Below, piece after piece: positions 58,838 to 64,000 of a DNA stretch of 64,000 bases; positions within the stretch are counted from its first letter, which is position 1; each line of letters begins with the position of its first letter. This DNA comes from an uncultured archaeon (GTDB lineage: Archaea > Thermoproteota > Nitrososphaeria_A > Caldarchaeales > Wolframiiraptoraceae): the NCBI GenBank assembly GCA_938083505.1, contig CALKCF010000007.1:118715-182714 (forward strand), read 5' to 3'. A program made the translations under genes and the position numbers. The notes under the pieces were generated by a model. That model searched no databases. It was given only the letters and a program-made list of their open reading frames with translations, and was not told where the DNA came from.

Positions 58838-61800
58838 TTGAGGAAACTCCTTAGCTTAGGAATAATCTTCCTGCTTCTTACTTCAATCCTAGCGAATTTT
58901 GTTCCCGCTCTTCCCATTGAAGCTCAACAGCAGAGCTATGGATGGAAAGATGAGTTTAACTATCGAGGTTTGGACGAGGTGCAGGAAATCAAGCTTGTTA
59001 ATGATAGGCAATTTACTTTTGATGGCGGAGATGATTTTTATCCATTATGGAGCCCCGATGGATCAAAACTCCTCTTCTTGCGCGCAGTACCTTCTCTTGA
59101 GGAATGGAATGCTTCTTTATGGATTTCAGACCTTAAGGGAAAATTAATTGGCCCAATGATGGGAACGGTACTCACTGATGTTGGATGGAGTCCAGATAGC
59201 ACCAAAATCGCTTATTCGTCACTCAAAGTGAGGTATTCAGTCAGGTATTCTTGGAACTATTTTTGGGATGAATTACACATTTTTGATACTTCGACATCGG
59301 AGGATAAGGTAATTCTGACTACAGGAAAGAATGAGACGATTTCTTATCGTCTTTTAGCCCCTACAAGAAGTTTGGATTGGTTACCAAGAGGTGGAGGAAT
59401 AGTGTTCACACATTTCAGCATGTTTCGGCCTCAATTACCATTTTTCGCGAAAAGTCAAATCAACATCATTAGTGAGGATGGAAAATATCTTAAAACTCTT
59501 GTGGAAAGGGATGTGAGAACCGACCTCAGCATTATAAGTGACCTATTTGTTAGCAGTAGCGGGGATATTATTGGATTTTCAGAAATTCGTTTCAGTGAAT
59601 TGCCTCTGCAACCATACTCCGAGTCGATTAATCGACTATGGCTTATGAATGTTGATGGAAGCAATCAGCAATTAATTTTAGAGCTTCCAAGCCATCCAGG
59701 CCTTTTTTCCCCAATAAAATCTATCAGCTTCTTAGATGAATCCAAGATACTCATTGAAAGATGGAATATTAGACTTCTTGAGGAGCCGCCTGGGAGAATG
59801 GATTTTGAAAAATTCGAAATCGGCATCATCGACATAAGCACCAAGAAATTTACATCACTACTAACGTTTTCCCTTGAAACAGTTCCTTTTAGCTTTATAG
59901 GAATTTCAAGAAAACAACCTTCATTTAACAATAAATTCCTTTATGCAAACATAACAACAACCGGTGATTACTCTGTGGAATATAGCATTTGGTTATTTGA
60001 TGTTAAAGACCATACTAAGAAAGTATTACTGTCTAAACCATTTAAAAGAGAGTGGTTAGAGAAATGGTCATTTCTCGTGCTATTATTTCTTTTTCACGGT
60101 GTTAGCGTAAGTCCTACTGGAGAAAGAATAGCCTACTTATATCCAGATGGTGAAGGTGAGCATATGAAGATCTGGGTAGCGGAGGTGGAAGGGCTTGCAC
60201 CTAAAGTAACGAGGCTTAATGTAGAAGTTGTTGATCCAAGTCCTCCAGATGGTGCTAGGAGAAGCCCACCAATAACTTTTAGGGCAAGGGTAACTTCTGA
60301 TGGCCAGCCTGTTCGGGATGCCTTCGTGACCTTCTACATGGGCGATGGCGGAACCAGTTATATTGGACAATCGAACATAAGAACGGATGCTAATGGCTAT
60401 GCTGAGGTTAGGGACTGGGATCCAAAATGGGATCATGAAGTAACATTTAGATGGTGGGCTGAAGCATGGAAGGAAGGATATGAAAGCGGAATATCGGAAA
60501 AGAGAAGTCTAATTTATGTTCCCGCATCTAAATTAGACATTACAGATATCGCTAGTGGTCCTTTTGGAGTTATAATCTTTAAGGTTAAGAATCAAGCGAC
60601 AAAAACGGTAAAGATAAACTCCTATGAGATATATGTAAATGATAAGAAGACAGGATGGAATGATAATGTATCTGAGGAATTGCCTAAAGGAGAAGAATAC
60701 TTATTTGTTACTCCCTTTTCTTTTAGCAGTTTAACTGAGGTAACGAAGGTAAAAGTAATAGTAAACTACAATGGGAAAGATAGTTGGTTAGAAGAGAGTT
60801 GGTCTGAGAGGGACGTTGAAGAAAGATTATTAAAGGCTAGAGATTATTTAAAGAATTTAGGTGTAAGGGATATACCTGAGGACATCCCAAAAATAAGCTA
60901 CCCAGCCAACGTGAAGCAACCATACTATGATTATGGAACAGATACCATATATGTACCAGTTAATTATACCCAGTCTGACTTTGTAATTTTGCACGAATAT
61001 GGACATTTTATCGAAGATAAGTGGTATTTGTTTAATATGCCAGATGATTGGGAGGGAGATTGCCAGAGAATTGGGAAAAAGAATGCTATGAAGGAGGGAT
61101 GGGCTCATTTTCTTGCCTCCCTTGCTCGAAATTCTCCAAAAATTCTTGAGGCGCAGCCTGTTGGAATTAATATGGATTTTGAAGACCCATTCTCTAATAC
61201 AATCTTTTGTGCTCATACAATGGATAAACGGCAAGAAAACGAAGCATGTGTTGTTTCAGTTGCAGGTATTTTCTGGGATCTTTATGACCCTGCTAATGAG
61301 GAGTTCGATCAACTTCAAATTTCACCAGAAGAGCTTGTATCTTTAATAAAAGAGAGTATGAAATGGAATAGTGAAGGGTTTAAAACATTTTACATCAATT
61401 TTAACGCCAAATATAGAGGAACCGATTTACCAGAAAAGCTTGATAAGTTATTACTGGAAGGATATGGCATCAGCTATATCAACCTGAAAACAGAATTTCT
61501 TGTAGCTTCACTTCACTCACCGGCAAATCTTCATGCATATGATTCTGAAGGTAAACATGTAGGAGTGAATGAACGGGGTGAAATAGAGATAGAGATACCG
61601 AATTCGTATTATACAGGTCCTGATGCTGAACCGGAGGAAATTATAATTTTCGGTCAAAGCGAGGGGATAACTTTTAAAATTGAGGGAATCGCTGAAGGTA
61701 ACTTCAGCCTATTAATAGAGCAGAAAAAGGATAATTACATAAAAAGAGTGGAGTACAGGAACATTTTTATCACAAACTCTACATATGCCATAGTTGAAAT

Positions 61801-62071
61801 AGGTCTTTCCAACCCTGAATATGTGATGTCCTTAGATTATGATAAAGATGGGATAATAGATGAGAAAAAGGTACCAAATGTGACAGAGGGGACTCTTCCT
61901 TCAGAAACGGTTGGACCATTTTTACTTTTGGAATGCTTTTATGTCTTTTTGACAATCGCTACAATAATCATTGCAGCTTTTTTAATACTAAAATTTAGAA
62001 AGAAGACTAAGATCAAGTCTGATAAAAACCGAGTAAATGAATTTAAATTCATCCTTTTAAGGACTTACTAA
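58838..62071 (+). CDS. Membrane-anchored surface protein: TolB-like propeller, Ig-like domains, zinc metallopeptidase
   Basis: Signal peptide; WSPDG/WSPDS repeats; HEYGH...EGWA; DYDKDG; C-terminal TM + basic tail. Confidence 0.75.
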   Translation: MRKLLSLGIIFLLLTSILANFVPALPIEAQQQSYGWKDEFNYRGLDEVQEIKLVNDRQFTFDGGDDFYPLWSPDGSKLLFLRAVPSLEEWNASLWISDLKGKLIGPMMGTVLTDVGWSPDSTKIAYSSLKVRYSVRYSWNYFWDELHIFDTSTSEDKVILTTGKNETISYRLLAPTRSLDWLPRGGGIVFTHFSMFRPQLPFFAKSQINIISEDGKYLKTLVERDVRTDLSIISDLFVSSSGDIIGFSEIRFSELPLQPYSESINRLWLMNVDGSNQQLILELPSHPGLFSPIKSISFLDESKILIERWNIRLLEEPPGRMDFEKFEIGIIDISTKKFTSLLTFSLETVPFSFIGISRKQPSFNNKFLYANITTTGDYSVEYSIWLFDVKDHTKKVLLSKPFKREWLEKWSFLVLLFLFHGVSVSPTGERIAYLYPDGEGEHMKIWVAEVEGLAPKVTRLNVEVVDPSPPDGARRSPPITFRARVTSDGQPVRDAFVTFYMGDGGTSYIGQSNIRTDANGYAEVRDWDPKWDHEVTFRWWAEAWKEGYESGISEKRSLIYVPASKLDITDIASGPFGVIIFKVKNQATKTVKINSYEIYVNDKKTGWNDNVSEELPKGEEYLFVTPFSFSSLTEVTKVKVIVNYNGKDSWLEESWSERDVEERLLKARDYLKNLGVRDIPEDIPKISYPANVKQPYYDYGTDTIYVPVNYTQSDFVILHEYGHFIEDKWYLFNMPDDWEGDCQRIGKKNAMKEGWAHFLASLARNSPKILEAQPVGINMDFEDPFSNTIFCAHTMDKRQENEACVVSVAGIFWDLYDPANEEFDQLQISPEELVSLIKESMKWNSEGFKTFYINFNAKYRGTDLPEKLDKLLLEGYGISYINLKTEFLVASLHSPANLHAYDSEGKHVGVNERGEIEIEIPNSYYTGPDAEPEEIIIFGQSEGITFKIEGIAEGNFSLLIEQKKDNYIKRVEYRNIFITNSTYAIVEIGLSNPEYVMSLDYDKDGIIDEKKVPNVTEGTLPSETVGPFLLLECFYVFLTIATIIIAAFLILKFRKKTKIKSDKNRVNEFKFILLRTY

Positions 62072-62681
62072 CTTACTACAATTAAAAGTGAAAGCATATC
62101 TTGCATTTATTTGCTTTACTCCTCCTTCTCCCCGAAGGATAATGTAACACCTCATCGCGTCTTCACTCTTAGGGAATTCTATACTACAATTTTCACTATT
62201 ATTTCCCAATACACATTTGCTACAGTAAGATAATACTACAGGTCTGCAGGAATTCCAATGTTCTTTATGAATGTGTGTAAATCGTATTCTAATAACAAAT
62301 CCCAAAATAAAAATGGTCGTGAGAAAAATCACATATATCAAGGAAACTTCAGGTCTAATTGTTTTTAACTTTCTGTAAATTATGACTAAACTGCAAGCGA
62401 CAATGTATGTAGAGAAAAACCAAAAAGGAGGAAGTATGAACGATTTTTTATGCATTTCACTTAATACAGGAACTCCAAATATTAAAAGTAACACTGATGT
62501 CTCGATTATTAGTAAAAAAGTAAATGCTTTTATAAAAATATTGTTGATATTATCACCTTTATCCACAAATAGCCAAAAATTCACAGAAGAAAAAAATGAT
62601 TCCAAAATTTAATAAGAGGAGAAATACTATGATCTTGAGTAAATCTGGCTTTAAGAACTCCTTAACGGCTTTCCAACCCAT
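62057..62681 (-). CDS. Membrane protein, probably frameshifted near the 5' end
   Basis: ORF 62057..62605 has 3 TM segments and a Cys-rich tail; upstream ATG 62681 (MGWKAVKEFLKPDLLKII..) is in another frame. Confidence 0.4.
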
Positions 62682-62940
62682 AAACTCATCTAATTAAAAA
62701 TTACTTTAAAATTATAAAAATAGTGATGACTCCCTATATCCATTTGTTTGATGCATTCCTTAATTGAGGCATATTATATCCTATTGTGATCAAAATTAGT
62801 TTACCACGCTCTCAACATTCAAAACAATAAAATTCTAGTTAAATCGAATATGACTGCCTTACCAAGAAATGTTTTAAAGTATGTGATAGCTCATGAAATG
62901 ATACTGTCCGGAATTTCTTAGTGAAAGACAAACTATTATC

Positions 62941-63624
62941 ATGGAATGGTTAAAGAAACTTGTCTCCAAATTGTTTAAATGGAATAGAGTTCCTCTAGAA
63001 ACTAAGTTGCAAGCGATAATAGATTGGCTTGAATGCTCCAGCTACAGGAAAGCCTCTAAAAAGCTTAGGTTGCAAGGTAAAAGGGCGAGCAAATCTTCCA
63101 TTTGGGAATGGGTCAATAAGCTTGCTAAAGCAATAGAGCTAAGAATTCCAAAAAAGGAGAGGGAATTTGTTGCCATGGATGAAACTTGCTTCAAAGCCAA
63201 TGGAGCTAAAGTCTTCATCTACTCTGCTTTGGATGTTGAGGAAAGAATTTGTCTTGGAGCTAAGGTATTTACCTCCAGGAATTATTTTACCACTAGCCTT
63301 TTCCTTGAGAAAGTTATGGTAGTATGCAAGAATAAGCCCACTTTCCTTGTTGATAAGGGTCCTTGGTATAAAGAGGTTTTTGAAAGCAGGCAAATTCCCT
63401 ACCAACATGTAACCTGGGGGAAGAGAAACCTGGTTGAGCGCTTCTTTGGTAGCTTAAAGCAAAGAACCAGGTTATTCTTCAACAACATCAATGTTAACTT
63501 CAAGCTTTTGCTTAAGCGCATGGAAGCTGGACTAAGAGATGGGGTAGCTATGCAGAGAATTGACCTCTTCCTAAAGCTATTTGTACATTGGTTCAATGAA
63601 ACAGGAAAGCCTAGAATGCCCTAG
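62941..63624 (+). CDS. IS6-family DDE transposase
   Basis: SYR..S, W.WV, DET..K.NG, DKGPWY, RN.VER.F..LK.R. Confidence 0.9.
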   Translation: MEWLKKLVSKLFKWNRVPLETKLQAIIDWLECSSYRKASKKLRLQGKRASKSSIWEWVNKLAKAIELRIPKKEREFVAMDETCFKANGAKVFIYSALDVEERICLGAKVFTSRNYFTTSLFLEKVMVVCKNKPTFLVDKGPWYKEVFESRQIPYQHVTWGKRNLVERFFGSLKQRTRLFFNNINVNFKLLLKRMEAGLRDGVAMQRIDLFLKLFVHWFNETGKPRMP

Positions 63625-63796
63625 CTGTAAAAGAAAAATTCCGGTGCAGGAGCTAGAGTTTATTCTAGATGGCTTAATCTGGGATCAAAAGGAGCAGAGA
63701 GTAAAGTTCCCATTTCCTGAGAAAAGGATGAAAGATATAATACGTTGTTTTCGTTGCCCTTTTTGTAAAGCTGAAATTCCAGTTGAGAAAGAATAA
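63596..63796 (+). CDS. Zinc-ribbon protein inside IS6
   Basis: CPSC...CPFC; ends 12 nt before the right TIR. Confidence 0.6.
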   Translation: MKQESLECPSCKRKIPVQELEFILDGLIWDQKEQRVKFPFPEKRMKDIIRCFRCPFCKAEIPVEKE

Positions 63797-64000
63797 ATTT
63801 TATCATTCAATTCCGGACAGTATCAATATTCGTTAAGTTGAATTTAAATCTTTGAAAGGATGCTTGAGTACTTCTCCATTCTCATCATTTTCCCTCAGGC
63901 TGAATAAGCCAAGTCATCCAGCAAAGCTCTATGGGCATATAACCACAAGCCAAAACAACTTCTTCAGCTTTTTAATGAATTCAATATCATCGTTAACAAA

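Larger units (their letters stand above)
62900..63824 (+). mobile_element. IS6-family insertion sequence
   Basis: Perfect TIRs GATACTGTCCGGAATT (62900-62915 / 63809-63824); no TSD. Confidence 0.9.

Noticed and set aside
1-64000. CRISPR array, rRNA, and the many short antisense ORFs
   Set aside because: No regularly spaced repeats or rRNA-like tract seen; antisense ORFs are shadows of well-supported genes

Overview
Archaeal genomic window. GatDE, thermosome, Rpo6, Spt5, Snf7/ESCRT-III, a short XPF and a Dph5-DUF357 fusion point to a TACK lineage, probably Caldarchaeales/Nitrososphaeria-like (inference). Bases 1-42.2 kb are dense, nearly intact core genome: RNA modification, an ogg-herA-nurA cluster, gatDE, tRNA-Ala(TGC), thermosome, ino1, a type IA topoisomerase, secE-spt5-L11-L1-L10, and mbf1-hflX-PUA-nac. 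This part also holds a triad of related winged-helix proteins and an HTH/ATP-cone/degenerate class III RNR fusion. From about 42.2 kb the DNA is accessory and decaying. Its main feature is a 12.35-kb integrated element (46285-58637) bounded by a perfect 15-bp direct repeat resembling a tRNA-Ala 3' end, with a 14-bp inverted repeat just inside it. The element carries a frameshifted tyrosine integrase, a GT2/UDP-sugar dehydrogenase pair and iteron-like repeats. It also carries a putative virion module: two beta-rich ~235-aa proteins, an unannotated 57-aa HxH spike-like protein, an AbrB regulator, and a subtilase preceded in frame by an intein C-terminus. A second related element appears to start right after it, with a 1077-aa surface metalloprotease and an IS6 carrying a zinc-ribbon passenger. 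All calls are by-eye motif recognition; no searches were run.
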